Positions 18,982-29,766 of a DNA stretch of 64,000 nt are shown one piece after another. A program made the position numbers and the translations under genes. Within the stretch, counting starts at the first letter, position 1. The number at the start of each line of letters is the position of its first letter. The notes beneath the pieces were generated by a model. The model was not told where the DNA came from and did no database searches. It saw only the letters and a program-made list of their open reading frames with translations. The stretch is from NCBI GenBank assembly GCA_963836185.1, contig CAWIIQ010000001.1:640001-704000 (forward strand), read 5' to 3'. This DNA comes from Candidatus Krumholzibacteriia bacterium (GTDB taxonomy: Bacteria > Krumholzibacteriota > Krumholzibacteriia > Krumholzibacteriales > Krumholzibacteriaceae).

Positions 18982-21900
18982 TTGGCGGGAAAGCTGTATA
19001 CATCGGGAGATTTCCGGCGTCTTGAAGAGGCGGCTGCCGGAGAGCTTCGCGTCCTCAGGGAAAACGACCGGGCGTCCGAAGCGATATTCGTCGCTGGATC
19101 CAACCTTCTCTGCTCATATCTGAAGAAGAGGCTGTCAGCCCTTCTCGGCGGGCTCTTTAACGTCCACTTCCTTACGATCCCCGACCTGGCATCCCTGGTG
19201 GATGAGCGTTCGGGGAACATGGCCCGGGACACTCTTTCCCCGCTCGCATCGCGGGTCCTTCTCGAGGAGCTTGCCGCGGGAGAGGTCCCCCGTTGTTTCT
19301 CTGAAGTCGCCATGACGGGAGGATTCGTGTCGGCCCTCCAGTCGACCTTTACCGACCTCTCCGAGGGAGGGTGCGGGGCTGTCGAAGCGAGGAGGATGAT
19401 CGAAAGCGGGGATCCCGGCCTCCGGTCTGAGAGGGTCCGGGGAGTGCTTGAGATGTACTCCCGATACAGGGATATGGTCGAGTCCCGGGGCGGCGACATG
19501 CATACACGTTTTTCAGCCGCTGCACACTCCGCCGCCGCGGCCCTCAGGGGATGCGCGGTATTCGCGTACGGATTCTACGATCTAAACGAGCTTCAGTATC
19601 GGTTGCTGGCCGCAGCTATGGAAGAAGGCCGGTCGGCAGTCTTCGTTCCGTGGTGCGAGGATCCCTCGTGCCGTTTTGCGTCGCCGCTTGTCGAGCGGTT
19701 CCGCGGTATGGGTTACGAAGAGACGGCTCTTGGCAGCGGTGAACGGGCCGTTCCCGAAACGGAACTCTTCAATGCCCCCGACGCCGTGGAAGAGGCGAGG
19801 GAGGTCGTCAGGCGGATCATCGAGATGCGCGAGGCAGGCGGTCCACGGTTCGGCGAGACGGCGATACTTCCATGGTCGAGAGGCGACTGGCCGCCACTGC
19901 GCGAGGCGCTTGAAGAGGCGGGGATCCCGTGGTATTCACGGATCGGCTCATACAAGGCCGCAGATCCGGTGAGGACGGGGGCGATAAGGCTTCTCGATAT
20001 ACTCTGCGGAGATGGCGGCCGGAGTGAACTGGTCGATTTCCTCATCTCATCTCCGGTAGCGGCGCGAGGCGGCGAAGGAGCCGGCACCGATCCTTTCGCC
20101 CTGTGGGTCCGCCTGAGCGCTGGAGAGGGTATGAGGGGAGAGGCTGGATGGGCCCAGGAGAACGAACGGCTTCTCGATAAAGTCAGGCGGCATGAAGAGG
20201 AGGAAAAGAACAGGAACGGCGTGCGCTGGTCGGAGATACTCACCCCTGCCGTCGAAGCGATCTCATCTATCGAACGAGCGCGTGCATCATTCGAGGACTG
20301 CGGCGACTGGAGCGGATTCTCTGCGGCTTTCGCCGGCGCCATCAGCGGCCTCTTCGATGGTGAATCGGCGGAAGACGTGGTACGGACGGTAAGCGGGCTC
20401 GCTTCCCTCGACAGGATATCCTCCTCGTGCGACGCTGGAAGGTTCAGGAGGATCGCGTTGGCGTCCCTCGAAGGCGGATCGGAGAAGGAGGGAAAGTTCG
20501 GAGGCAAAGGGGTAAATGTCATCCTGGCGAGCCGCGCGCGCGGGCTGCGGTTCGAAGTCACATTCATGACGGGGCTCAGGGAAGGTTCCGTCCCCGGGAA
20601 GGTCAGGCAGGATCCTTTTATAAAGGACCCGGAGCGCGAGTCGATATCGAGGATCACGGGGGGCGGAGTGAGGCTTTCGCTAAAAGGAGGGCGGCTTGCG
20701 GAGTCGGCGATGATCTTCGGCATGGCGTGCTCGTCGGCTTCGGGCAGGCTCGTATGCAGCTGGCCCAGGATGGAAACGGGCGGAAACAGGGAATACATAG
20801 CCACTTCATATCTGAGGTTCGTGCCGGGGCTCCCGGCCGCGCCGTCGGCACGCTCCACTGCGGCCGTCCGTATTCCCCTGCGAGGCAGGCCGGAAGGGAT
20901 GGAGGTGCCGCTGGGGGAGGAAGATTACGATTTCCTCATGTCAGGCCGCAGGCTGGGAAAGACCGTTCACTATCCTTCATCCATATTTTTCAGAACGGGG
21001 ACCGAGCTGATCAGGTCACGCTGGGGCACGAGAAGGTTCACCCCGTATGACGGCGTCTTCGAATCCCCCCGCGCTCTTGCGGAGGTCGATGCCGCCATGG
21101 CTGAAAAGGGCTGGAACCTCTCTGCCACGACTCTTCAGGCCTGGGCGGAATGCCCATTCGCCTTTCTCGTAGAAAAACTGATCGGGATAGAATCGGTCGA
21201 GGAGCCTGAAAGGGAGTTGACGATCGATCCGATGCAGAGGGGTACGCTTACGCATCTCGTTCTCGAACGACTTTACGGCGAGCTTTCCGGTATGCGCGTT
21301 TTCCCCCTTTCCCCGGCTGCCCTTCCCGCCGCCCTCGAAGCGGCGCAGCGGGTGACTCGTGAGGTCCTTGACAGCTACGAGTCGACAGAGCCGGTAGGCC
21401 ATCCACTTCTCTGGGAATACGAGCGGGAGACGATTGCGGCGTCGGTAAGGGAACTTCTCGCCGATGAGGCCCGTGAGGAGAGCGGAGCGGTGCCAACGAT
21501 GTTCGAGGCGTGGTTCGGCGGCAGGACCCCCGATGAGGCGGTCACATTCAACGCGGGCGGCAGGACCCTCTCTTTCCACGGCAAGATAGACCGCATCGAT
21601 ATCACTCCAGGCGGGGGCTACCTGGTCATCGACTACAAGACAGGCAGGATCATGGCAAAGGACCAGGACTTCGGCGGCGGCAGTTACCTGCAGCTCCCCG
21701 TATACCTTCTCGCCGCTTCTGATCTGCTCGGCGTTCCGATCGAAAAGGGAAGGGCCATGCTCAGAAGGGTAGGCACGGGCGACAGCAGGAAGAAGGCTGT
21801 CTTCTCCGGGGCGGACTGGAACAGGGACGGGAAGGTATTCGCCGATGTCCTCGGCGTGATAGTAAACGGCATAACCTCGGGATACTTCTTCGGGTCTCCG

Positions 21901-22035
21901 CCGGGGACGCACTGCGATTACTGCGGTGTAAAGCAGGCATGCCCGACGGGGAGGGGATTCCTCTTCGTCACCAAAGCGGCGGGAGATGACAGGGCCCTCG
22001 AATACCTCGACATGAAGGGGCTGACGATTGAATAG
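18982..22035 (+). CDS. addB: AddB-like helicase-nuclease subunit (PD-(D/E)xK nuclease, Fe-S Cys motif)
   Basis: TTG start after GGAGG; CPF...GKIDRID...IDYKTG...QLPVY...CDYCGVKQAC; precedes AddA. Confidence 0.82.
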   Translation: MAGKLYTSGDFRRLEEAAAGELRVLRENDRASEAIFVAGSNLLCSYLKKRLSALLGGLFNVHFLTIPDLASLVDERSGNMARDTLSPLASRVLLEELAAGEVPRCFSEVAMTGGFVSALQSTFTDLSEGGCGAVEARRMIESGDPGLRSERVRGVLEMYSRYRDMVESRGGDMHTRFSAAAHSAAAALRGCAVFAYGFYDLNELQYRLLAAAMEEGRSAVFVPWCEDPSCRFASPLVERFRGMGYEETALGSGERAVPETELFNAPDAVEEAREVVRRIIEMREAGGPRFGETAILPWSRGDWPPLREALEEAGIPWYSRIGSYKAADPVRTGAIRLLDILCGDGGRSELVDFLISSPVAARGGEGAGTDPFALWVRLSAGEGMRGEAGWAQENERLLDKVRRHEEEEKNRNGVRWSEILTPAVEAISSIERARASFEDCGDWSGFSAAFAGAISGLFDGESAEDVVRTVSGLASLDRISSSCDAGRFRRIALASLEGGSEKEGKFGGKGVNVILASRARGLRFEVTFMTGLREGSVPGKVRQDPFIKDPERESISRITGGGVRLSLKGGRLAESAMIFGMACSSASGRLVCSWPRMETGGNREYIATSYLRFVPGLPAAPSARSTAAVRIPLRGRPEGMEVPLGEEDYDFLMSGRRLGKTVHYPSSIFFRTGTELIRSRWGTRRFTPYDGVFESPRALAEVDAAMAEKGWNLSATTLQAWAECPFAFLVEKLIGIESVEEPERELTIDPMQRGTLTHLVLERLYGELSGMRVFPLSPAALPAALEAAQRVTREVLDSYESTEPVGHPLLWEYERETIAASVRELLADEAREESGAVPTMFEAWFGGRTPDEAVTFNAGGRTLSFHGKIDRIDITPGGGYLVIDYKTGRIMAKDQDFGGGSYLQLPVYLLAASDLLGVPIEKGRAMLRRVGTGDSRKKAVFSGADWNRDGKVFADVLGVIVNGITSGYFFGSPPGTHCDYCGVKQACPTGRGFLFVTKAAGDDRALEYLDMKGLTIE

Positions 22036-25000
22036 CGGCAGAAAGAGACCGGTCGATCACGAGGCCAGGCAGCGGGCGATATCTGATCTCGATACCTCGT
22101 TCTGTCTCGAGGCCGGAGCGGGAACGGGCAAGACGACGATCCTTGTCGAGAGGTTCCTTTCGATTATCCGGAGCGGCAGGGCCGAGTGCTCTACCGTAGC
22201 GGCGATCACATTTACAGAGAAAGCCGCATCCGAGATGAAGGACAGGCTCTTCTTCAGGATCGAGGATCTCCTCGAGGGGAAGGATCTCTCCGGTGAAGAG
22301 AGGCCGCGCCTCGAAAAAGCGAGGGACGACCTTGAAAGGGCCCAGATATCGACGATCCATGCCTTCGCCGCGGCGATACTCAGGGAGTTCCCTCTCGAGG
22401 CAGGTATAGATCCTGATTTTCAGCAGCTCGATGGTTTCGACTCGTCGATCTTCGAGGATGAATGTTTCAGCGAGTTTCTCGGTCACGCCGACAAAAGACA
22501 TGAAGAGGCTCTGCGAAAGCTCATGCCGCTCGGCCGGCCGGCCCGCTGTATCGAGATGTTGAGAGAATTGACATTTTTTGATTATCACAACAGGTCGTCG
22601 TTCGCCCTTGGCGGCATCTTCGATGACCCCGCGGTGCCGGGCGGCAGGGAGGAAGCGGGCCGGCGGCTCGATTCAACCGCGCACAGGGAGTATCTCGTCT
22701 CATCCGCTTCACGTCTGATGGATCTCGCCCGCACGGACTGCATCTCGCACGGCGATGCCGGCTTCGATGAGATAAGCGCTTTTTTCGATGAGGTCCAGCA
22801 CCTCGTCCCGCTCGAGGGCCTTGCGCTGGCGGCACGCATCCTGGCCGTTGCGCCGCCCAGGCCGAAGGGGAACCAGAAGAACTGGGAGCCTGCCGAATCG
22901 TGCAGGCTGCAGAAGAGTCTCTGCAGGGAGATAGCCGCTGCCCACGAGGAATATTGCGCCGCCTACATGGACGATCTGCGCGACGCCCTTTCCGGATGGT
23001 GCGATGATTTCGCCGAGTTTGCCGAAAGGAAGAAGAGAAGGGGAGGGGTGCTCGATTTCGACGACCTTCTCATCGGGGTGAGGAGGCTTCTCGATAACAC
23101 TGCCGCGCTCGAGACGATCCGCCGCCGCTACCGTTATATACTGGTCGATGAGTTCCAGGATACCGACCCCCTTCAGGCCGAGATCATCATGCTCCTGGCG
23201 GGAAGGCCGGGTTCTTCCGGGATCGATCCGGAGCCCGGCAGGCTGTTTGTGGTCGGAGATCCGAAGCAGAGCATATACAGGTTCCGCAGGGCGGATGTCG
23301 AGATATACGAGCTTGTCAAGGAAGCGATCGCGGGTGCGGGAGAGCTTCTCAATATAACGCAGAACTTCAGGTCGGTGCCGGGCGTCATCGACTGGGTGAA
23401 CCAGGCTTTCTCCGCACTGATAAAGCAGCCTGACGATGGAAGGTACATGCCGCGGTACGAACCGGTTCACGCGATGCGCGAGGGGGACGGGCCGGCAGTC
23501 TTTCATCTCGATCTCGAGACGGACACTGTGAAATCTGACGATTTCCGCCGCGAGGAAGGTGAGGCCGTGGCGAGATTCATATGGGATCTCGTCGACTCGG
23601 GAAAAGAGGTGCTCGATCCGCTGACGCGCCTGAGAAGGCCGGTCAGGTTCGGCGACATCGCACTGATCTACAGGAGCACGACCGGGATCAACCACTACGA
23701 GGATCCGCTGCGCGAGGCGGATATCCCCTATCTCGTCGAAGGGGGAAAGCTCTATTTCACGAGGCAGGAGGTCCGCGATATCTCCAACGCTGTCTGGGTG
23801 ATCGAGGACCCGTTCGATTCGGCGGCCCTGCTCGCCGCGCTGCGCAGCCCGATGTTCGGATTCAGCGACGAGGAGATCTTTCTCTACAGGAGGGCAGGTG
23901 GAAGGCTCGACTATCTGAATCCTGAAGTCCCCGAAGATGCCGGGTTCGACACCTTCCGGGAAGCGTTCAGCCTGCTTGCCGGGCTCCACTCGGAACGAAA
24001 CAGCGCGGGGCCAGTGTCGACGCTCAGCAGACTGCTCGCCCGCACTGGATACCTGTCCACATCGAAGCTGAGGGTCCACGGCGATCAGCGTGTCCTCAAT
24101 CTGCGCAAGGCTATCCAGACAGCAAGGGTCTTCGAGGAGAAGGTCCTTTCATTCAGGCACTACGCGAGATGGATGAGGGACCAGGACATCCTTGGGGCCG
24201 CCGAGGGAGAATCGCCCGCGATAGACGAGGGGGAGAACGCGGTACGTATGATAACGATTCACAAGGCGAAAGGGCTGCAGTTCCCCGTCGTCATCCTCGT
24301 CAATCTCATCCAGGCGATGCGCGGCGCCGACGACTTCATCCCGCGGCAGGGCGGGATGCCGGCTTTGAGGATATCGGGCCGGAGGACGAGCGATTATCCC
24401 GATGCGTCCCTGCGCGAGGAAAGAATGAACACAGCCGAGACTGTCAGGATGCTCTACGTCGCGGCGACGCGCGCGGGGGACATGCTCGTCATCCCTCGTT
24501 CCCCCGGGACAGGCCGCGGCAGGCCGAAGCTCTACAGTTTTCTCGCCGAAGCTCTCTCCGGCGTCGATACGGCACGTCTGCGGGATCTTTCCGTACTGCC
24601 TTCCGGGGAGGGGCCATTTACAGTCATGCCTGAGGTCACGCCGGAAAATACGGCCGCCGGTGAGGCCGCGCGGACGAGATGGGCGGCGGCCAGGAAGGAA
24701 CTTCTCGAGAGCTCTCCGCCGGGACCAGTGAGCGTCAGTCCATCGGGGCTCGAGCGGTACGAGGTCAGAGGCGATATCTTCGACGGGCCGGACAGGGGAT
24801 CGGCGCTCCTCTTCGGGACGGCCTTCCACAGGATGATGGAACTGGCGCTTCAGCGGCATCGCCCTGTCGGAGTGGAGGATGCGGCTCGCGAGGCGGCGAT
24901 CGAATGCGGGGCGGAAGAGATGGAGGAAGAGATGCTCGCCCTCGGCACGAAGGCTTTCCGGTCCGGCCTGATGAAGGAAGCGGCTGAGGCTAAGACCCTG

Positions 25001-25339
25001 ATGGTCGAGCCGCCGTTCAACCTTCCCGTTGAGGGAGGTGCCCTCGACGGGAGGATCGATCTCGTATTCGAGCGTGGCGGCTCCTGGACGGTGGTCGATT
25101 TCAAGACCGATGACATCAGGCCGGAAGATGTGCCTGAGCGCCTCACCACATACAGGCCGCAGGGCGCGGCCTACGCCTTGGCGCTCGACTGCCTCGGGAT
25201 ATCGCCTGTCGGGAGGGTCGTCTTCTATTTTGTGAGGCCCGGCGTGGAGATGTCGATAGAGGCCGGCCCCGATCTTCTTGCCGAAGGCAAAGGACTGGTC
25301 ATGGCTGCTGTTGCTGCAGAGCGTCCTTCTCATCCCTGA
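22028..25339 (+). CDS. addA: AddA-like UvrD helicase-nuclease
   Basis: EAGAGTGKT, ITFTEKAA, DEFQD, VGDPKQSIYRFR, NFRS, TIHKAKGL, LYVAATRA, GRIDL..VDFKT. Confidence 0.9.
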   Translation: MNSGRKRPVDHEARQRAISDLDTSFCLEAGAGTGKTTILVERFLSIIRSGRAECSTVAAITFTEKAASEMKDRLFFRIEDLLEGKDLSGEERPRLEKARDDLERAQISTIHAFAAAILREFPLEAGIDPDFQQLDGFDSSIFEDECFSEFLGHADKRHEEALRKLMPLGRPARCIEMLRELTFFDYHNRSSFALGGIFDDPAVPGGREEAGRRLDSTAHREYLVSSASRLMDLARTDCISHGDAGFDEISAFFDEVQHLVPLEGLALAARILAVAPPRPKGNQKNWEPAESCRLQKSLCREIAAAHEEYCAAYMDDLRDALSGWCDDFAEFAERKKRRGGVLDFDDLLIGVRRLLDNTAALETIRRRYRYILVDEFQDTDPLQAEIIMLLAGRPGSSGIDPEPGRLFVVGDPKQSIYRFRRADVEIYELVKEAIAGAGELLNITQNFRSVPGVIDWVNQAFSALIKQPDDGRYMPRYEPVHAMREGDGPAVFHLDLETDTVKSDDFRREEGEAVARFIWDLVDSGKEVLDPLTRLRRPVRFGDIALIYRSTTGINHYEDPLREADIPYLVEGGKLYFTRQEVRDISNAVWVIEDPFDSAALLAALRSPMFGFSDEEIFLYRRAGGRLDYLNPEVPEDAGFDTFREAFSLLAGLHSERNSAGPVSTLSRLLARTGYLSTSKLRVHGDQRVLNLRKAIQTARVFEEKVLSFRHYARWMRDQDILGAAEGESPAIDEGENAVRMITIHKAKGLQFPVVILVNLIQAMRGADDFIPRQGGMPALRISGRRTSDYPDASLREERMNTAETVRMLYVAATRAGDMLVIPRSPGTGRGRPKLYSFLAEALSGVDTARLRDLSVLPSGEGPFTVMPEVTPENTAAGEAARTRWAAARKELLESSPPGPVSVSPSGLERYEVRGDIFDGPDRGSALLFGTAFHRMMELALQRHRPVGVEDAAREAAIECGAEEMEEEMLALGTKAFRSGLMKEAAEAKTLMVEPPFNLPVEGGALDGRIDLVFERGGSWTVVDFKTDDIRPEDVPERLTTYRPQGAAYALALDCLGISPVGRVVFYFVRPGVEMSIEAGPDLLAEGKGLVMAAVAAERPSHP

Positions 25340-26108
25340 GCTTTTCAGACAATATCTTCGCCGCTTTCCTGCCCGAGAGGAGCATTCCGCCGAATATAGG
25401 CCCCATGCGGTACGAGCCGAACGAGGCGTTGGCGCACATTCCCGCCACGTAAACGTTGGGGAAGATCTCCCTCGTGTTCTCGATCGTGGTCTGCTCGGCC
25501 CTGTCGGCCCAGAGCGAGCGCTCTCCCTCTATCTTTCCGGTCGGCGTCAGAAGCCGCGTGTCGACCTTTCGCTCTATGACACGCACTACCTCGGCCGGGT
25601 GTCCCGTCGAATCGATGATGAATCTGGTGTCGACGGTGAGAGGATCGACATGGAGCCCGGCCATCTCCACGGCGGTCCAGTTGATGACTACCCCCACCGC
25701 CTTGCTTTCCTTGAGGATGATATCCTCGACACTTATGAGGTTGAATATCTTCGCGCCGTTCTTGCATGCGCGGGCCCCGAGCGAGCAGACGGCCTCGATC
25801 GAGTCGGCCGTATGGTATCCCTTCTTGAACGGTTTCGTATTTATACCGAACTCGTCGAGGATCTCCTTGCCTTCATCCTGCACGACGATCTCGTTCATCA
25901 TCATCCCGCCGCCCCACATCCCGCCGCCAATGCTCAGCTTTCTCTCGAAGAGGCATGTTTTCCAGCCACCGCGGGCGAGGTCGGCCGCCGCGACGAGGCC
26001 GGCGGGCCCCGCTCCGACTATCGCCACGTCACAGCTCACCGCGTCGAGAAGTTTGTCCGTATAACTCTTTATGATAGCTTCTGTTATTGTTCTTTCGCTT
26101 AGGGGCAT
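25299..26108 (-). CDS. thi4: sulfide-dependent adenylated thiazole synthase (Thi4, His-type)
   Basis: GAGPAGL, GGGMWGGG, LHVDP, DSTGH, RMGPIFGGMLLSG; GGAGG RBS before ATG 26108. Confidence 0.92.
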   Translation of the reverse strand: MPLSERTITEAIIKSYTDKLLDAVSCDVAIVGAGPAGLVAAADLARGGWKTCLFERKLSIGGGMWGGGMMMNEIVVQDEGKEILDEFGINTKPFKKGYHTADSIEAVCSLGARACKNGAKIFNLISVEDIILKESKAVGVVINWTAVEMAGLHVDPLTVDTRFIIDSTGHPAEVVRVIERKVDTRLLTPTGKIEGERSLWADRAEQTTIENTREIFPNVYVAGMCANASFGSYRMGPIFGGMLLSGRKAAKILSEKLRDEKDALQQQQP

Positions 26109-26307
26109 CGAGCGGTCCTCCCTCTGATGGCTCTTGTCTGAGACGACGTGATCGGGCAATTCACTTGTAATCGACAGCGGCCTGAGGGTCAAGGCAAATC
26201 AGAGCGCGCGAGGGGCACGATCACTCTTTCATCCACTCGCGTATCGACTTATGTTATCATTGCATCCGGAAGGCATACAGATGACCGGGAGATCGGAGAG
26301 ACGGTAA

Positions 26308-28872
26308 ATGGAGCGGAAAGAAACAGAAAGGCTCGCCAGTATCGTCGGCGGGATCGATCAGGCCGATGACGCGATCGCGCTTTTCGACGCGGAGGGCAGG
26401 TTTATCTACTGCAACAGGGCCTGGAAGGTCCTGCACCGCCTCGATCCCGATGCCGACTACACGGGGCAGCGGGATACGGTAATGGATATCCCTGAGCTGC
26501 GGCCCGAGATAGAGGAGGTCAAGACAGAGCTCGAACCGGGATACCGTTACGTTACAAGAAAGATCATCGAGATAGACGGGGCCGAGAAGGCATACCAGAT
26601 ATCGGTCAACTGCATAGAGGAGAACGGGCCGCCTGTCGTCCTCGTGATGTTCAGGGACGTAACGGACCTCGAGAGCGCCCGCGACGATCTCAAGAAATAC
26701 CGCGACAGGCTCGAAGAGATCGTTAAAGTGAGGACAGCGGAGCTCGAGGAGACGAACGAGATGCTCGCCGCCCAGATCGGGGAGCGCAGGGAGGCGGAGA
26801 AGTCGCTTCGTGAGAGTGAGGAGTACACCAGGACACTTTTCATGGCTCTACCCGTTCCTACTTTCACCTTCAGGAAAATAGATGTCGGGGAATTCGTATT
26901 TGAAGGGTACAACGACGCGGCGATGAAGATGACGAAGGATCACCTGGTCGATGATCTTGGGAAATCAGCCGACGTTGTCCTCGAGGGGCAGCCGAGCATA
27001 ATCGAGGATCTCGAGAGATGCTATTCGGAAAAGAAGACATTCGAGTACGAGAGGGAGTACGAAGACGAGGTCATCGGGGAGAGATGGGACCTGTCGGTCA
27101 AATATGTCTATGTCCCCCCCGATACAGTCATGGTCCATACGGAGAATATCACCGACAGGGTCAGCGCCGAGAGGGAACTGAAGAAACACCGTGACCGCCT
27201 GCAGGAACTTGTCAGGGAGAGGACGGAGGAGCTTGAGGAGGCCAACGAGCAGCTGAGAAAGGAGATCGGCCAGAGGGAAAAAGCCCAGGACGCGCTCATC
27301 GAGTCGGAACAGAAATACCGCATGATATCAGAGATGACCTCGGACTATACATTCGTCGCCGCGCTCCTTCCCGACGGTTCGCTTCGCAGGGAGTGGATGG
27401 CCGGCGCGTTCGAGAAGATAACGGGTTATTCGAGAGAAGAACTCGCCGGGCTGCTGAGCGAGTTCAGCGTCGTCCATCCGGAGGACCGGCCGAAACTGAT
27501 GAGGGTACTGCCCGGCCTGAGCAATCAGACGCCGGTAGAATCGCTCGAGTTCAGGATGATCTCGAAATCGGGCGGCATTGTCTGGGTCGAAGCGCTGGCG
27601 AGGCCGCTTCCTCCCTCAGAAGAAGGATACCCGAGAGGCATGATCGCCGTAAAAGATATCAACGACCGGAAGATGGTCGAGGTCGAGCTGGCCAGGCGAA
27701 ACAGGGAACTCACCGTCGTCAACAGGATCAGGGAAATATTCGATTCGGGCGCCAGGGAACGGGAGATAATGGATATGATCCTCGAGGCCCTCCTCGACAA
27801 CAGCGAGGCGCTGAGCGCGGGGGTCTGCAGCCTGGACAGCGATGCGGGCACTCTCGAAATAACAGCCTCGAAGAATGTATCCGATGATTTTATGCGGGAA
27901 TACGGCAAGAGCCCGTTACCCGGTGAGACAGCGTCGCAGATCGTCGACGATGACGCGGTGTTGATCATCCAGGAGGATTCCGGGGAGTCGACGAAGAGGA
28001 TGGAGGCTATGCGGGAGTACGGCATCGACCGGACGATCGCCTTTCCCGCCAGGGTCAGCCAGAGGGAGACAGCCATATTCCTGATCGGCTACGGGAAGGG
28101 CCGGGAGATCGGGCCTCAGAAGAAACGTTTCTTCGATATCGTCAGGAACCAGGTGAAACTGCAGTTCGAGCGCCGAATACTCCTCGCGGACCGCGAATAC
28201 CACGAGAGGAAGCTCAAGGAGCTTGCCGGGAGCCTGATAGACCTGATCGAGAAGGAGAGGAACATGATGGCCCTGAAGCTCCACGATGAGCTCGGGCAGG
28301 CGATAGTCGCGATAAACGGAGAGATTCTTTTCCTTGAAACCCAGATCGAATCCTGCGAGAATGAAGCGAAGGAGACTCTCGCCACGATAAAAGAGCAGCT
28401 GAAAGAGCTTACACAGAATGTTCGAGAGCTGTCGTACTCGATCCATCCGGCAGTGCTGGACGATCTTGGCCTGCGCCCCGCGCTGAGTTCTTATATCGAG
28501 AAGTTCATCGAGAGCGATGATCTGCATGTCGAACTCGTGACAACCGGGTTCGACGGCAAGCTGGTGGGAAACGAAGCGCTCACGATGTACCGCGTCGCGC
28601 AGGAAGCTCTGACGAACGTGGTAAGGCACGCGGAAGCGAGGAATGTGACGGTGAGGGTCATCCGCGGTTATCCGGATCTGATAATGGCGGTAGAGGATGA
28701 CGGCAGGGGCTTTGTCTCCGGTGGAGAGGAATCAAGGGGGCAGGGACTCGGTATAATAAATATGCGGGAACGGCTCAGGGGAATGGGAGGCAGATTCAGG
28801 ATAATTTCCGCCCCTGGAAAAGGAACAAGGATACGCGCGTCAATACCGATGGAGGAACATGATGAAGGATAA
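26308..28872 (+). CDS. cytoplasmic multi-PAS/GAF histidine kinase (HisKA_3, NarX/NreB-like)
   Basis: LHDELGQ H-box, QEALTNVVRHA, EDDGRGF, GLGIINMRER; duplicated coiled-coil linkers. Confidence 0.92.
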   Translation: MERKETERLASIVGGIDQADDAIALFDAEGRFIYCNRAWKVLHRLDPDADYTGQRDTVMDIPELRPEIEEVKTELEPGYRYVTRKIIEIDGAEKAYQISVNCIEENGPPVVLVMFRDVTDLESARDDLKKYRDRLEEIVKVRTAELEETNEMLAAQIGERREAEKSLRESEEYTRTLFMALPVPTFTFRKIDVGEFVFEGYNDAAMKMTKDHLVDDLGKSADVVLEGQPSIIEDLERCYSEKKTFEYEREYEDEVIGERWDLSVKYVYVPPDTVMVHTENITDRVSAERELKKHRDRLQELVRERTEELEEANEQLRKEIGQREKAQDALIESEQKYRMISEMTSDYTFVAALLPDGSLRREWMAGAFEKITGYSREELAGLLSEFSVVHPEDRPKLMRVLPGLSNQTPVESLEFRMISKSGGIVWVEALARPLPPSEEGYPRGMIAVKDINDRKMVEVELARRNRELTVVNRIREIFDSGAREREIMDMILEALLDNSEALSAGVCSLDSDAGTLEITASKNVSDDFMREYGKSPLPGETASQIVDDDAVLIIQEDSGESTKRMEAMREYGIDRTIAFPARVSQRETAIFLIGYGKGREIGPQKKRFFDIVRNQVKLQFERRILLADREYHERKLKELAGSLIDLIEKERNMMALKLHDELGQAIVAINGEILFLETQIESCENEAKETLATIKEQLKELTQNVRELSYSIHPAVLDDLGLRPALSSYIEKFIESDDLHVELVTTGFDGKLVGNEALTMYRVAQEALTNVVRHAEARNVTVRVIRGYPDLIMAVEDDGRGFVSGGEESRGQGLGIINMRERLRGMGGRFRIISAPGKGTRIRASIPMEEHDEG

Positions 28873-29527
28873 AGTCAGGGTGCTGCTTGCCGAGGATCAC
28901 ACGATGTTCAGGCAGGGCGTCAGAAGGCTTGTGGAAGAGGAATCCATCGAGGTCGTCGGCGAGGTCGATAACGGGCAGGAAGCCATATCTAAGGCGATCG
29001 AACTGCTGCCCGACGTGGTGATCATGGATATAAGCATGCCGATAATGCGCGGGATCGAGGCGACGACACGCATAAAAAAGGATGTCCCTGGCACAAAGGT
29101 GATCATACTGACGATACATAACGAAGAGAACTACCTCTTCGGGGCGCTAGACGCAGGGGCCGACGGTTATGTTGTTAAGGGTGAGGATGTCAACATTCTT
29201 CTCAAGGCTGTCGAGACCGTTATGAACGGAGAGTTCTATCTCAGTTCCGAGGTGCCGGCCGACGCGCTTGAAAAATACGAGAAGCACAAGAAGTCGGGGA
29301 AGAATGCAGACGAGTTCAGCAGGCTGACCAACAGGGAGAGGGAGATACTCCAGTTGATCGCCGAGGGATACACAAGCAAGATGATAGGGGAGAAGAAGTT
29401 CATCAGCGTCAAGACGGTGGAGAACCACCGGGCGAACATCATGAACAAGCTCGACATACATGAGACCGCGGGACTGGTTCGCTACGCGATCCAGATAGGA
29501 CTCGTCGATCTCGATCTCGAGCGCTGA
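28862..29527 (+). CDS. NarL/LuxR-family response regulator
   Basis: AEDH, MDISMP, YVVK; HTH LTNREREILQLIAEG...ISVKTVENHR. Confidence 0.95.
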   Translation: MKDKVRVLLAEDHTMFRQGVRRLVEEESIEVVGEVDNGQEAISKAIELLPDVVIMDISMPIMRGIEATTRIKKDVPGTKVIILTIHNEENYLFGALDAGADGYVVKGEDVNILLKAVETVMNGEFYLSSEVPADALEKYEKHKKSGKNADEFSRLTNREREILQLIAEGYTSKMIGEKKFISVKTVENHRANIMNKLDIHETAGLVRYAIQIGLVDLDLER

Positions 29528-29766
29528 TCCGGATAATGCCCCGCCGGGAGCGAAAACACCGCGCCTCCTTGAAAATAGGCCGAATCCCCTATGGTAATAA
29601 ATGACAGGATTCGTTATGATTGATTAGTCCGCAGATGCGGGCGAAAAGGCTTTCGGGTAGTTCAAACTGACAAAAGAGACACTGGGACGAAAAGGTTTTA
29701 TCTGCCCGGAATAACGACATCTCGGAGGTCGTACAAGGAAAAGAGACAAACAAATATCGTTGTTTT

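Noticed and set aside
29524-29550. CTGATCCGGATAATGCC resembles the 3' half of a TPP riboswitch
   Set aside because: No upstream CTGAGA/P2-P3 half, P5 and GCG are not formed, and it overlaps a stop codon
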